From Clostridiales bacterium (GTDB lineage: Bacteria; Bacillota; Clostridia; Oscillospirales; Oscillospiraceae), in the NCBI GenBank assembly GCA_022782265.1, contig JALFOM010000084.1:1961-65960 (forward strand): DNA of 64,000 bases, written 5' to 3'. Made by a program: the position numbers and the translations under genes. The notes below the pieces were generated by a model. That model ran no database searches, was not told the origin of the DNA, and saw only the letters and a program-made list of their open reading frames with translations. This document shows positions 42,906 through 52,684 of this stretch, piece after piece. The first letter of the stretch is position 1. The number at the start of each line of letters is the position of its first letter.

Positions 42906-43673
42906 ATGGCAAGAATAATTGCAGTAGCTAATCAAAAGGGCGGCGTGGGAAAAACCACAACCTGCGTGAACCTGAGCGCCGCTCTGCATAAAATGGGCAG
43001 ACGTGTACTGCTGGTGGACGGAGACCCTCAGGGAAACGCCAGCTCAGGGATGGGCGTATCCAAGGCCAATAAGCCCAATACCTACGATATGCTCATCAAC
43101 GGCAGTCAGCCTGAGGATTGCATTGTACATACGGATTACGGCGATGTGATCCCCACGGGAAACGAACTGGCCGCCGCGTCAGTGGAGCTGATCGACGCAG
43201 AAGAGAGAGAATATGTCTTAAAAAAGGCGCTGATCAGTCTATATACCGACTACGACTATATCTTTATTGACTGCCCGCCTTCACTGGAGCTGCTGACGAT
43301 AAACGCCCTTGTGGCAGCGGACAGCGTGCTGATTCCCATGCAGTGCGAATATTATGCACTGGAAGGAATCACGGACCTGATGACCAGCATCAAAATGTGC
43401 AACCGGCGGCTGAACCGGCGGCTGGAGGTTGAGGGCATCGTTTTGACCATGTACGATTCCCGGATGAATCTGACCACCCAGGTGGAAAACGAGCTGAGAA
43501 AGTTTTTGGGCAGCAAGGTCTACGGGACCGTAGTCCCACGAAGCATCAGGCTTTCCGAAGCGCCCAGCCACGGCATACCCGGCATTGAATATGACAAGTA
43601 CAACAAGGGCACAAAGGCCTATATGGCCCTGGCCCAGGAATTTATCGACAGATGCGAGAGAAAAGGAGGATAA
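42906..43673 (+). CDS. parA: ParA/Soj chromosome partitioning ATPase
   Basis: MARIIAVANQKGGVGKTT is the deviant Walker A motif. About 255 aa. Confidence 0.9.
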   Translation: MARIIAVANQKGGVGKTTTCVNLSAALHKMGRRVLLVDGDPQGNASSGMGVSKANKPNTYDMLINGSQPEDCIVHTDYGDVIPTGNELAAASVELIDAEEREYVLKKALISLYTDYDYIFIDCPPSLELLTINALVAADSVLIPMQCEYYALEGITDLMTSIKMCNRRLNRRLEVEGIVLTMYDSRMNLTTQVENELRKFLGSKVYGTVVPRSIRLSEAPSHGIPGIEYDKYNKGTKAYMALAQEFIDRCERKGG

Positions 43674-44546
43674 ATGGCAGCAAGAGAAAAAAAGGGGCTG
43701 GGCACCGGACTGGACGTCCTCTTTGGCGCAAACGGCCTGAATGAAGAAAATGATGCAGAGCTTCTTACTCTGCCCATTTCCAAAGTGGAGCCCAGAGCAG
43801 ACCAGCCCAGGGAATATTTTGACCAGCAGGCTTTACAGGAGCTGGCCGACTCCATTGCGCAATACGGTCTGATTCAGCCCATTACCGTGCGGAAGCTGAA
43901 CACGGGCTACTATCAGATCATCGCCGGTGAACGGCGCTGGCGGGCAAGCCGTTTGGCAGGCCTGGACGAGGTGCCAGTGAGAGTGATTGAGGCGGACGAC
44001 CGAAAAACCGCAGAGCTGGCTCTGGTAGAGAACCTGCAGAGAGAAGATCTGAACCCCATTGAGGAAGCCAAAGGCTATAAAACGCTGATTGAAGAGTTCG
44101 GATTGACCCAGGAAGAAGCGGCAAAAAGTGTGGGCCGCTCCCGTCCCAGCATCACAAATGCCCTGCGGCTTCTGTCTCTCTCCCCAAAGGTTTTGGAAAT
44201 GGTGGAGAAAAACGAGCTGTCAGCGGGCCATGCCCGGGCATTGATCTCCATAGCGAATGATAAAAAGCAGCTGGACGCCGCAATGGAAGTCAGGGAAAAG
44301 GGTCTCTCCGTCCGTAAAACGGAGCAGCTGGCGGAAAAGCTGACAAAAGAACCGGCACAGGAAAAAGAAGAGGACAGAAAAATATCCGTTGACTACGCGG
44401 CGGAAATTTCCGATCAACTTTCCAAAACACTGGGAAGAAAGGTAAAGCTGACTGACGGGAAAAGAACGGGCAAAATTGAAATTGAATTTTACGGGGCCGA
44501 CGACAGGGAAAATCTCATTGATCTTCTGCGCAGCCTTGGCAAATAA
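43674..44546 (+). CDS. parB: ParB/Spo0J chromosome partitioning protein
   Basis: 290 aa. Contains the GERRWRA arginine patch, an HTH and a C-terminal dimerisation region. Confidence 0.9.
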   Translation: MAAREKKGLGTGLDVLFGANGLNEENDAELLTLPISKVEPRADQPREYFDQQALQELADSIAQYGLIQPITVRKLNTGYYQIIAGERRWRASRLAGLDEVPVRVIEADDRKTAELALVENLQREDLNPIEEAKGYKTLIEEFGLTQEEAAKSVGRSRPSITNALRLLSLSPKVLEMVEKNELSAGHARALISIANDKKQLDAAMEVREKGLSVRKTEQLAEKLTKEPAQEKEEDRKISVDYAAEISDQLSKTLGRKVKLTDGKRTGKIEIEFYGADDRENLIDLLRSLGK

Positions 44547-44565
44547 AAAGTGAGGAGAAAAGAAC

Positions 44566-45870
44566 ATGCTTGATATACGTTTTGTAAGAGAAAACCCGGA
44601 ACTGGTAAAGGAAAACATCAAAAAGAAATTTCAGGCTCAGAAGCTTCCCCTGGTGGACGAGGTCATCGAGCTTGACGCCAAAAACCGCGCTGCCATCACC
44701 GAGGCCAGCGAGATCCGCGCCAGCAGAAATACCCTCTCCAAGCAGATCGGAATTCTGATGGGTCAGGCCAAAAAGGACCCCTCCAAGCTGGAGGAGGCCG
44801 AAAAAGTCAAGGCACAGGTCAAGGCAAACGCCGACCGCCTTGCCGAGCTGGAAGCTCTGGAGGAGGAGTATGCCCAGCGTATCCACGCCATTATGCTGAA
44901 TATCCCCAATATCATTGACCCCTCCGTCCCCATCGGTCCCGATGACAGCGCCAATGTGGAAGTGGAAAGATTCGGTGACCCGGTGATTCCCGATTTTGAA
45001 ATCCCTTATCACACCAAGATTATGGAGAGCTTCAACGGCGTGGATATGGACGCGGCAGGCAGAGTTTCCGGCAACGGTTTTTACTATCTGATGGGCGACA
45101 TTGCCAGACTCCATTCCGCGGTTCTGGCCTATGCCAGAGATTTCATGATCAACAAGGGCTTTATTTACTGCATTCCTCCCTTTATGATCCACGGCAATGT
45201 GGTGGAAGGCGTCATGAGCCAGACGGATATGGACGCCATGATGTACAAAATTGAGGGAGAAGACCTGTATCTGATCGGCACCTCGGAGCACTCCATGATC
45301 GGCAAGTTTATCGACCAGATCATTCCTGAGGACAAGCTGCCCCAGACTCTCACCAGCTACTCCCCCTGCTTCCGCAAGGAAAAAGGCGCCCACGGCATTG
45401 AGGAACGGGGCGTGTACCGTATCCATCAGTTTGAAAAGCAGGAAATGATTGTGGTCTGCAAGCCTGAGGATTCCATGGCCTGGTACGAGAAAATGTGGCG
45501 CTTCTCCGTGGAGCTTTTCCGCAGCCTGGATATTCCCGTGCGCCAGCTGGAGTGCTGCTCCGGCGACCTGGCCGACCTGAAGGTGAAGTCCTGCGATATT
45601 GAAGCCTGGTCCCCCAGACAGCAGAAGTATTTTGAAGTCTGCTCCTGCTCCAACCTGGGCGACGCCCAGGCCCGCCGGCTGAAAATCCGTGTCAAGGGCG
45701 CCGACGGCAAAATGTATCTGCCCCATACCCTGAATAACACAGTCGTTGCGCCGCCCCGTATGCTCATTGCCTTTCTGGAAAACCATCTCCAGGCCGACGG
45801 CAGCGTGACCATTCCTGAAGTTCTCCGGCCTTACATGGGCGGAACGGAAATCCTTATCCCCAACAAATAA
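44566..45870 (+). CDS. serS: serine--tRNA ligase
   Basis: 434 aa. N-terminal coiled coil MLDIRFVRENPELVKENIKKK plus class II motifs. Confidence 0.95.
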   Translation: MLDIRFVRENPELVKENIKKKFQAQKLPLVDEVIELDAKNRAAITEASEIRASRNTLSKQIGILMGQAKKDPSKLEEAEKVKAQVKANADRLAELEALEEEYAQRIHAIMLNIPNIIDPSVPIGPDDSANVEVERFGDPVIPDFEIPYHTKIMESFNGVDMDAAGRVSGNGFYYLMGDIARLHSAVLAYARDFMINKGFIYCIPPFMIHGNVVEGVMSQTDMDAMMYKIEGEDLYLIGTSEHSMIGKFIDQIIPEDKLPQTLTSYSPCFRKEKGAHGIEERGVYRIHQFEKQEMIVVCKPEDSMAWYEKMWRFSVELFRSLDIPVRQLECCSGDLADLKVKSCDIEAWSPRQQKYFEVCSCSNLGDAQARRLKIRVKGADGKMYLPHTLNNTVVAPPRMLIAFLENHLQADGSVTIPEVLRPYMGGTEILIPNK

Positions 45871-45888
45871 GAGAGGACAGAGAATAAG

Positions 45889-46329
45889 ATGAAAAAACTG
45901 ATCAGCGAATTTAAAGCCTTCATTATGCGCGGCAACGTGCTGGATATGGCTATCGGCGTTGTCATTGCCGGCGCTTTCGGCAAAATCACTACCTCTCTGG
46001 TCAATGACCTGATCCTGCCCCTTGTGAGCTGGATCTGCGGAACAAGAGACATGACCGCCCTGAATATTTTGGTCCGCCCCGCCGTGTACAATGAGGCCGG
46101 TGAAGTGGTGAAAGAAGCCATCACCCTGGGCTTTGGAAGCTTTGTTGGCACTGTGATCGACTTTCTGCTGATTGCTATGGTGGTATTCGCCATCGTCAAG
46201 GTGGCAAACAAGGCACACGACCTGGCACACAAGAAAGAAGAGAAAGCGGAAGCTGCTCCCGAAGAACCGGCAAAACCCACCACCGAAGAACTGCTGGCCC
46301 AGATTCTGGAAGAACTGAAGAAAAAGTAA
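45889..46329 (+). CDS. mscL: large-conductance mechanosensitive channel
   Basis: 146 aa. EFKAFIMRGNVLDMAIGVVIAGAFGKI is the canonical MscL TM1. Confidence 0.95.
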   Translation: MKKLISEFKAFIMRGNVLDMAIGVVIAGAFGKITTSLVNDLILPLVSWICGTRDMTALNILVRPAVYNEAGEVVKEAITLGFGSFVGTVIDFLLIAMVVFAIVKVANKAHDLAHKKEEKAEAAPEEPAKPTTEELLAQILEELKKK

Positions 46330-46342
46330 GATAGCATATATT

Positions 46343-46374
46343 GAGGCCGCCCAAACTGGGCGGCCTCTTTTTTT
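46343..46374 (+). terminator. terminator after mscL
   Basis: gaggccgccc-aaact-gggcggcctc followed by T7. Confidence 0.8.
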
Positions 46375-46404
46375 CGCTTTCTCCTACTATATTATATTTA
46401 TATC

Positions 46405-46433
46405 TTGCAAAGTATACAGTTTTTTGCTATACT
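46405..46433 (+). promoter_or_regulatory. putative dnaA promoter
   Basis: TTGCAA (46405-46410), 17-nt spacer, TATACT (46428-46433). Confidence 0.5.
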
Positions 46434-46471
46434 CTTATAGTTAGGAATACTATCGCAAATGAGGTGCGTTA

Positions 46472-47779
46472 ATGAACTCCGTAAACGATATATGGGATGA
46501 AATTGTAAAAATCCTTTCAAAGCAGCTCACACCAACAGCAATCAGCACCTGGTTTTCCGACTGCACCCCTGTGGAGATTGACGACTGCAAGCTGGTGCTG
46601 CATACCACAACAGATTTTAAGCGCAGCATCATCATATCCCGCTTCGGCGATACCATAAAGGCGGCCCTTTCCGATCTGTTCTCCTGTGATTTTGACATTA
46701 TGGTTCTGGCCGGTGATGAGATCAACGACTTTTCCATCAAGAAAAAAGCGGAAAATTCCCTGCCGGAAATGGAAGGCTACACCTTTGACCGCTTCATCGT
46801 GGGAAACTCCAATAAATTTGCCCACGCGGCAGCCCTGGCCGTTGCGGAAAGACCAGGCGTCACATACAATCCCCTGTTCATTTACGGCAACTCCGGCCTG
46901 GGAAAGACCCATCTGCTCCTTGCTATCGGCCAGGAAATCCATGAGAAAGACCCCACAAAGAAAATTGCCTATCTGAAAGGCGACGAGTTTACCAATCAGC
47001 TGATCCGGGCAATCAAGGACGGTACAGGCGAAGAGTTCCGCACCAAATACAGGAATGTAGACCTTTTCCTTGTGGACGATATCCAGTTCATTGCCGGCAA
47101 GCAGCAGACCCAGAACGAGTTTTTCCACACCTTCAATAACATCTATGAGGCCGGACATCAGATCGTCATCACCTCGGACCGTCCGCCTCTGGAGATGTCC
47201 CTTCTGGACGACCGTCTGCGCACCCGCTTTGAAGGAGGCCTGATGGCGGATATTCAGCCCCCTGACCTGGAGACCAGGATGGCCATTATCCGCAATAAGG
47301 CGGCCCAGCTGGGGCTTCTGCTGTCCGACGAAGCGGTGGAATACATCGCGGAAAACATCACAGCCAATATCCGGCAGCTTGAGGGCGTAATCAAGCGTCT
47401 GACAGCTTACAAAGAGATTCTGGATGATGTGATCACCATCGATTCCGTGAAACGAGCCATTAAAGATGTGATAAAAATCGGCACCTACATCCCCACTCCG
47501 GATATCATCATCAAAGAGACGGCGAAGTATTACTCGCTGAAGGAAGAAGACCTGCGGGGTCAAAACCGCTCCAAAAACACCGCCATGGCCAGACAGGTCT
47601 CCATGTATCTCATACGCTCGCTGACAAATCTCTCTCTGAAAGATATTGGTACCGAATACGAGGACAGAAACCATGCCACAGTCCTGGCCTCCATCCGGAA
47701 GGTGGAAGACCTGCTGAAAACCGACAGCTCCATGGCCGGTATCGTCAGGGACATTACCTCCAATATCAATTCCAATTAA
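46472..47779 (+). CDS. dnaA: chromosomal replication initiator protein DnaA
   Basis: 435 aa. Contains FDRFIVGNSN, Walker A GNSGLGKTHLL, Walker B LFLVDDIQF and the domain IV HTH. Confidence 0.97.
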   Translation: MNSVNDIWDEIVKILSKQLTPTAISTWFSDCTPVEIDDCKLVLHTTTDFKRSIIISRFGDTIKAALSDLFSCDFDIMVLAGDEINDFSIKKKAENSLPEMEGYTFDRFIVGNSNKFAHAAALAVAERPGVTYNPLFIYGNSGLGKTHLLLAIGQEIHEKDPTKKIAYLKGDEFTNQLIRAIKDGTGEEFRTKYRNVDLFLVDDIQFIAGKQQTQNEFFHTFNNIYEAGHQIVITSDRPPLEMSLLDDRLRTRFEGGLMADIQPPDLETRMAIIRNKAAQLGLLLSDEAVEYIAENITANIRQLEGVIKRLTAYKEILDDVITIDSVKRAIKDVIKIGTYIPTPDIIIKETAKYYSLKEEDLRGQNRSKNTAMARQVSMYLIRSLTNLSLKDIGTEYEDRNHATVLASIRKVEDLLKTDSSMAGIVRDITSNINSN

Positions 47780-47925
47780 TTTTCCACATTTTTGTGTGGT
47801 TAAGTTAAAAAAAGCATGTTGAAAAAATTCATGTCAATGTCCGGTGTGGAAAAGCGGAAATTTATAAACTTTTTTCTGAACAGAAAAAGTTCCCTGTTTT
47901 CAATGGCTCAGAGGACTTTTCCACA
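47780..47925. other. DnaA-box cluster (candidate oriC) in the dnaA-dnaN spacer
   Basis: Four 9-mers within 1-2 mismatches of TTATCCACA: TTTTCCACA at 47780-47788, TGTGGTTAA at 47795-47803, TGTGGAAAA at 47845-47853 and TTTTCCACA at 47917-47925. AT-rich DNA lies around them. Confidence 0.6.
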
Positions 47926-48013
47926 AAAATTTTTTCTACTGCTACGACTACCAATAAATTATCCTTTATAGCTGTATAGAAAAACATTTTTCCCTTTTGA
48001 AGGAGGAACTGAA

Positions 48014-49129
48014 ATGAAATTTACCTGTGAGAAATATCTGCTCCAGTCCGCATGTGCTATCGCTTCCAGAGCGACAGCCTCAAAAAGCCCTATCCCGGCT
48101 CTTGAAGGTCTGCTGATTCAGGCAGATACGGATGTGAGAGTTACCGGCTACGACCTGAAAGAAGGCATATACACCAATATCGGCGCGGACATTGAACAGA
48201 CCGGTTCTGTTGTCGTTGGCGCACGGCTTTTCGGCGAGATGATCCGCCGCCTGCCGGACGGCATCGTCAGCATCAGCGCAGATGACAACGAAAACATCAA
48301 TGTAAAATGCGGAAAAAGCGAATTCAATTTCATGGGAATCAGCGCTGAGGATTATCCGGAAATGCCCAGTGTGGACGGTCTGAACCATGTGGAGTTGCCC
48401 CAGAAGCTGCTGAAAAACATGATCAACCAGACAATTTTTGCCGTTTCGGACAGCGATGTGCGCCCTATCTATACCGGCACTCTGTTTGAGATCGAAGACG
48501 GCGAGCTGACTTTGGTGTCCGTTGACGGCTATCGTCTGGCAAAGCGCTGCGAGAAGATCGAAGGGAAAGATGTGGAAAACTGCTCCTTTGTGGTCCCCGG
48601 CTCCGCCCTTTCCGATATCGAGCGCATCTGCGGAGACACGGAGGACAGTGTGAGCATAGCTGTAGGCGCAAAGCACATCTCCTTTTCCATTGGCGAGACC
48701 GTGGTGGTCACCCGCAGGCTGGAAGGGGAATTTCTCAATTACCGTAAATCCATTCCCGACAAGTTCCGCTTTACCGTTCAGGTGGAGAGGGCGGAATTCA
48801 TGTCCACCATCGACCGCGTAGCCCTGATCGTCAGTGAAAAGAACAGCAGCCCCGTAAGACTCAGCTTCAACGACGGCAGCATCGACTGTCTCTGTGTCAC
48901 ACCCATCGGCAAGGCGGAGGATATCTGCACCTGCGAAGGCAGCGGCGAAGGACTGGAGATCGGCTTTAACGACCGTTATCTGATGGATGCCCTGAAGGCT
49001 GCCTCCGGCACGGATAAGCTGAATATCTGCCTGAATACCGCCTCCTCTCCCTGCGTGATCGACGCGGCGGACGGCAGCGGCACCTTTACCTATATGATCC
49101 TTCCCGTGCGTCTGCGCGCGGGCGACTGA
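48014..49129 (+). CDS. dnaN: DNA polymerase III beta sliding clamp
   Basis: 371 aa with canonical position and length. N-terminus: MKFTCEKYLLQSACAIASRA. Confidence 0.95.
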   Translation: MKFTCEKYLLQSACAIASRATASKSPIPALEGLLIQADTDVRVTGYDLKEGIYTNIGADIEQTGSVVVGARLFGEMIRRLPDGIVSISADDNENINVKCGKSEFNFMGISAEDYPEMPSVDGLNHVELPQKLLKNMINQTIFAVSDSDVRPIYTGTLFEIEDGELTLVSVDGYRLAKRCEKIEGKDVENCSFVVPGSALSDIERICGDTEDSVSIAVGAKHISFSIGETVVVTRRLEGEFLNYRKSIPDKFRFTVQVERAEFMSTIDRVALIVSEKNSSPVRLSFNDGSIDCLCVTPIGKAEDICTCEGSGEGLEIGFNDRYLMDALKAASGTDKLNICLNTASSPCVIDAADGSGTFTYMILPVRLRAGD

Positions 49130-49141
49130 TAAGAGAAAAAA

Positions 49142-49354
49142 ATGGAAAAAATATTGATTAATACAGAATTTATCAAGCTTGATTCCCTGTTGAAATTTGC
49201 CGCGCTGGTGGGAACCGGCGGGGAGGCAAAGCTTGTGATCAGCGAGGGCATGGTTAAGGTGAACGGCGAAGTCTGCACCATGCGGGGGAAAAAAATCTAT
49301 CCCGGCGACAGAGTGGATTTTGACCGCTTCAGCCTTGAAGTGACAAAGGAATGA
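49142..49354 (+). CDS. yaaA: S4-domain RNA-binding protein YaaA
   Basis: 70 aa. [42 protein letters not shown]. Conserved position between dnaN and recF. Confidence 0.85.
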   Translation: MEKILINTEFIKLDSLLKFAALVGTGGEAKLVISEGMVKVNGEVCTMRGKKIYPGDRVDFDRFSLEVTKE

Positions 49355-50451
49355 GAGTTGAGAAGATCGCACTGAACGGATTTCGCAACTACGAATGGGA
49401 AACGGCGGAATTCGGCAGCGGGACCAATGTGATTTCCGGGCATAACGCTCAGGGGAAAACCAATCTGCTGGAAGCCGTCTACATGCTCTCAGCCGGGCGG
49501 AGCTTCCGTACCCGTTTTGACAAGGAGCTGATCGGCTTTGGCTATTCCTCGGCGGAGATCCTTGCCGATGTGGTAAGCCATGACCGAAGCCAGACCATCA
49601 ATATTCTCCTGCGGCAGGGCTTTGCCAAGAAAATTCTGGTAAACGGCGTGAAAAAATCCGCCGGTGAGCTCTCACAGGTGATCAATACGGTGCTTTTCTG
49701 CCCGGATGATCTGAACCTGATCAAAGAAGGGGCGGCAGTAAGGCGCAGGCTCATGGATAACGCCATCAGCCAGATCCGGCCCAGATACGGGGAAATCCTT
49801 TCGGAATTCAACCGGCTCTATGAGCATAAAAGCCGGATCTTGAAGGACTGGCGGGAAAAACCCTCTCTTCTGGACACGCTGGACGAATTTTCTGATGGGA
49901 TGTGCAGAGCCTCCGCACAGTTGATCCGCTACAGGGCCGCCTTTGCCGCAAGGCTTGACCAGGCGGCAGCCCCCATACACAGCGAATTTTCCGGCGCGGG
50001 GGAAGAACTCTCCATCAGCTATTCCACCGTCAGCACCGTGAAGAATATTTACGGCAGTGCCAAGGAAATTTATTACGATATCTGTGAGCATCAGGAAAAG
50101 CACCGGCAGGCGGAGATCGAAAGCGGCCAGTGTCTCACCGGCGCACACAAGGATGATCTGGAAATTGCCATAAACGGCAAAGCGGCCAGGAGCTTTGCTT
50201 CCCAGGGCCAGACCAGAACGGCGGCCCTGTCCATCAAGCTTGCCGAGCGTGAAATTTTTCTGGCGGAAACCGGGGAATATCCCATTCTGTTGCTGGACGA
50301 TGTGCTGTCTGAGCTTGACACGAAGCGGCAGGAATTTGTGCTCAACCGCATCGGCGGCGGACAGACCCTGATTACCTGCTGCGAGGACGAGGAAATCTCC
50401 AGCCGCACCGGCGGCAGGGTACTGTTTGTTGAGAAGGGCAGGATACGCTGA
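49351..50451 (+). CDS. recF: DNA replication/repair protein RecF
   Basis: 366 aa. Walker [14 protein letters not shown], signature [16 protein letters not shown], Walker [12 protein letters not shown]. Confidence 0.95.
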   Translation: MRVEKIALNGFRNYEWETAEFGSGTNVISGHNAQGKTNLLEAVYMLSAGRSFRTRFDKELIGFGYSSAEILADVVSHDRSQTINILLRQGFAKKILVNGVKKSAGELSQVINTVLFCPDDLNLIKEGAAVRRRLMDNAISQIRPRYGEILSEFNRLYEHKSRILKDWREKPSLLDTLDEFSDGMCRASAQLIRYRAAFAARLDQAAAPIHSEFSGAGEELSISYSTVSTVKNIYGSAKEIYYDICEHQEKHRQAEIESGQCLTGAHKDDLEIAINGKAARSFASQGQTRTAALSIKLAEREIFLAETGEYPILLLDDVLSELDTKRQEFVLNRIGGGQTLITCCEDEEISSRTGGRVLFVEKGRIR

Positions 50452-50708
50452 TGTATCTTCACCTTGGCAAAGGGACGGTAGTCAATACCGATGAAATCAT
50501 CGGCATATTCGACCTGGATATCACCTCCCAGTCCCATCTCACCAGAAAATATCTGAATATGGCCGAAAAGGCCGGGCAGGTGATCAACGCCGCGGAGGAT
50601 ATCCCGAAATCCTTTGTGGTCTGCTGTGAGCGGGGGAAAAAAACCGTATATCTCAGTCAGATGGCTTCCGCCACACTGCTTCGCCGGGCGGAATCCGGCA
50701 TTCTATAA
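50451..50708 (+). CDS. remB: DUF370 protein (RemB/YaaB-like)
   Basis: 85 aa. [23 protein letters not shown]. Conserved position between recF and gyrB. Confidence 0.8.
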   Translation: MYLHLGKGTVVNTDEIIGIFDLDITSQSHLTRKYLNMAEKAGQVINAAEDIPKSFVVCCERGKKTVYLSQMASATLLRRAESGIL

Positions 50709-50738
50709 AGTTCCAAGAAGGAAAGTTGAGGAAAATCA

Positions 50739-52670
50739 ATGTCTGATCAAATAGAAAAGAACAATCAGGAATATGACGCATCACAGATTCAGGTGCTGGA
50801 AGGGCTTGAGGCGGTAAGAAAACGCCCGGGCATGTATATCGGTTCCACCTCCTCCTCCGGTCTGCACCATCTTGTTTATGAGATTGTGGATAACTCCATT
50901 GATGAGGCACTGGCCGGCTTCTGCGACCGGATCGAAGTGGTCATCGAAGAGGGCGACATCATCCGCGTCACCGACAACGGCCGGGGCATCCCCGTAGATA
51001 CCCAGGAGCAGACCGGAAAATCCGCTCTGGAAGTGGTATTCACTGTACTGCACGCCGGCGGCAAATTCGGCGGCGGAGGCTACAAGGTCTCCGGCGGCCT
51101 TCACGGCGTGGGCGCCTCCGTGGTCAATGCCCTGTCTGAGTGGCTGGAGGTGGAGGTCCACAAGGAGGGCAAAATCTACCAGATGCGCTTTTCCCGGGGA
51201 GACATTACCCAGCCCATCACCGTGATCGGCGATACCGCGCGCACCGGCACCACCGTCCGTTTCAAGCCGGACCCGGAGATGTTCGATGATACGGTGTATG
51301 ACTATGAGATTCTGCACACCCGTATGCAGGAGCAGGCCTTCCTCAACGGCGGACTGACCATATCCATTGAAGATAAACGCCCGGGCAAAGAGCAGGGCGA
51401 GACCATGTGCTATAAGGGCGGCATCAAGGAATATGTCAGCTACCTGAACCGCCACAAATCCCCCATTCACAATGAGGTCATCTACCTCAGCGGCACCAAG
51501 GGCGACGCTGTGGCGGAGATCGCCCTGCAGTATAACGACGGCTATAGTGAAACGCTGGTCTCCTTTGCCAACGACATCCACACCCCGGAAGGCGGTATGC
51601 ACGAAACCGGCTTCAAGACCGCGCTGACCCGCGTGATCAACGCCTACGGCGCCAAGAATAACATCATCAAGGGCGACGACAAGGTGTCCGGCGAGGATGT
51701 GCGCGAGGGCATCACCGCGGTGATCTCCGTCAAGCTGCCGGAGGCCCAGTTTGAGGGCCAGACCAAGCAGAAGTTGGGCAACGCCTATATCCGCACGCTG
51801 GTGGACGGTATTGTCTCCGACCAGCTGACCACCTATTTTGAAGAGCATCCCGCCGCGGCAAAGGCGGTTTTGGACAAGGCCATGATGGCCAACCGGGCCA
51901 GGGAGGCTGCACGAAAGGCCAAGGAGTCCGTGCGCCGCAAAACCGGGCTGGAATCCGGCCAGATGCCCGATAAGCTGCAGGACTGCAACGAGCGGGACCC
52001 CTCCCTCTGCGAAATCTACATCGTCGAGGGCGACAGCGCCGCAGGCTCTGCCATCCAGGGCCGGGACAGCCGCTTCCAGGCCATCCTTGCCATGTGGGGC
52101 AAGATGCTGAACGTGGAAAAGGCCCGTGCCGATAAGATTTACGGCAATGACAAGCTCTATCCTTTAATCGTCGCTCTGGGCGCCGGTATCGGGGATGAGT
52201 TCAACATTGAAAAGCTCCGCTATCATAAGATCATTATTATGGCCGATGCTGATGTGGACGGAAGTCACATCCGCACGCTGCTGCTGACCTTCTTCTTCCG
52301 CTATATGCGCCCGCTGATCGAGCACGGTTATGTGTATTCCGCCGTACCGCCGCTGTATAAGCTGGTCCGGGGCAAGACCCAGAAAGTGGCCTATTCCGAC
52401 GAGCAGAGGGACCAGATCAGCGCGGAGATGCGCGCTGACAATCCCAACGCCAAGGTGGATATCTCCCGCTTCAAGGGTCTGGGTGAAATGGACCCCCATG
52501 AGCTTTGGGAGACCACCATGGACCCGGAAAAGCGCTCTCTCCGCCGCATCACCCTGAACGACGCCATCCGCGCGGACCAGGTATTCACCGTTCTCATGGG
52601 CGAGGACGTGGAGCCCAGGCGCGAGTGGATCGAGCAGAACGCCAAGTATGTGGTCAATCTGGATATCTGA
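50739..52670 (+). CDS. gyrB: DNA gyrase subunit B
   Basis: 643 aa. Contains [16 protein letters not shown], the Toprim EGDSAGG and PLKGK-type motifs. Confidence 0.97.
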   Translation: MSDQIEKNNQEYDASQIQVLEGLEAVRKRPGMYIGSTSSSGLHHLVYEIVDNSIDEALAGFCDRIEVVIEEGDIIRVTDNGRGIPVDTQEQTGKSALEVVFTVLHAGGKFGGGGYKVSGGLHGVGASVVNALSEWLEVEVHKEGKIYQMRFSRGDITQPITVIGDTARTGTTVRFKPDPEMFDDTVYDYEILHTRMQEQAFLNGGLTISIEDKRPGKEQGETMCYKGGIKEYVSYLNRHKSPIHNEVIYLSGTKGDAVAEIALQYNDGYSETLVSFANDIHTPEGGMHETGFKTALTRVINAYGAKNNIIKGDDKVSGEDVREGITAVISVKLPEAQFEGQTKQKLGNAYIRTLVDGIVSDQLTTYFEEHPAAAKAVLDKAMMANRAREAARKAKESVRRKTGLESGQMPDKLQDCNERDPSLCEIYIVEGDSAAGSAIQGRDSRFQAILAMWGKMLNVEKARADKIYGNDKLYPLIVALGAGIGDEFNIEKLRYHKIIIMADADVDGSHIRTLLLTFFFRYMRPLIEHGYVYSAVPPLYKLVRGKTQKVAYSDEQRDQISAEMRADNPNAKVDISRFKGLGEMDPHELWETTMDPEKRSLRRITLNDAIRADQVFTVLMGEDVEPRREWIEQNAKYVVNLDI

Positions 52671-52684
52671 GGAAGTGAGGTCAT

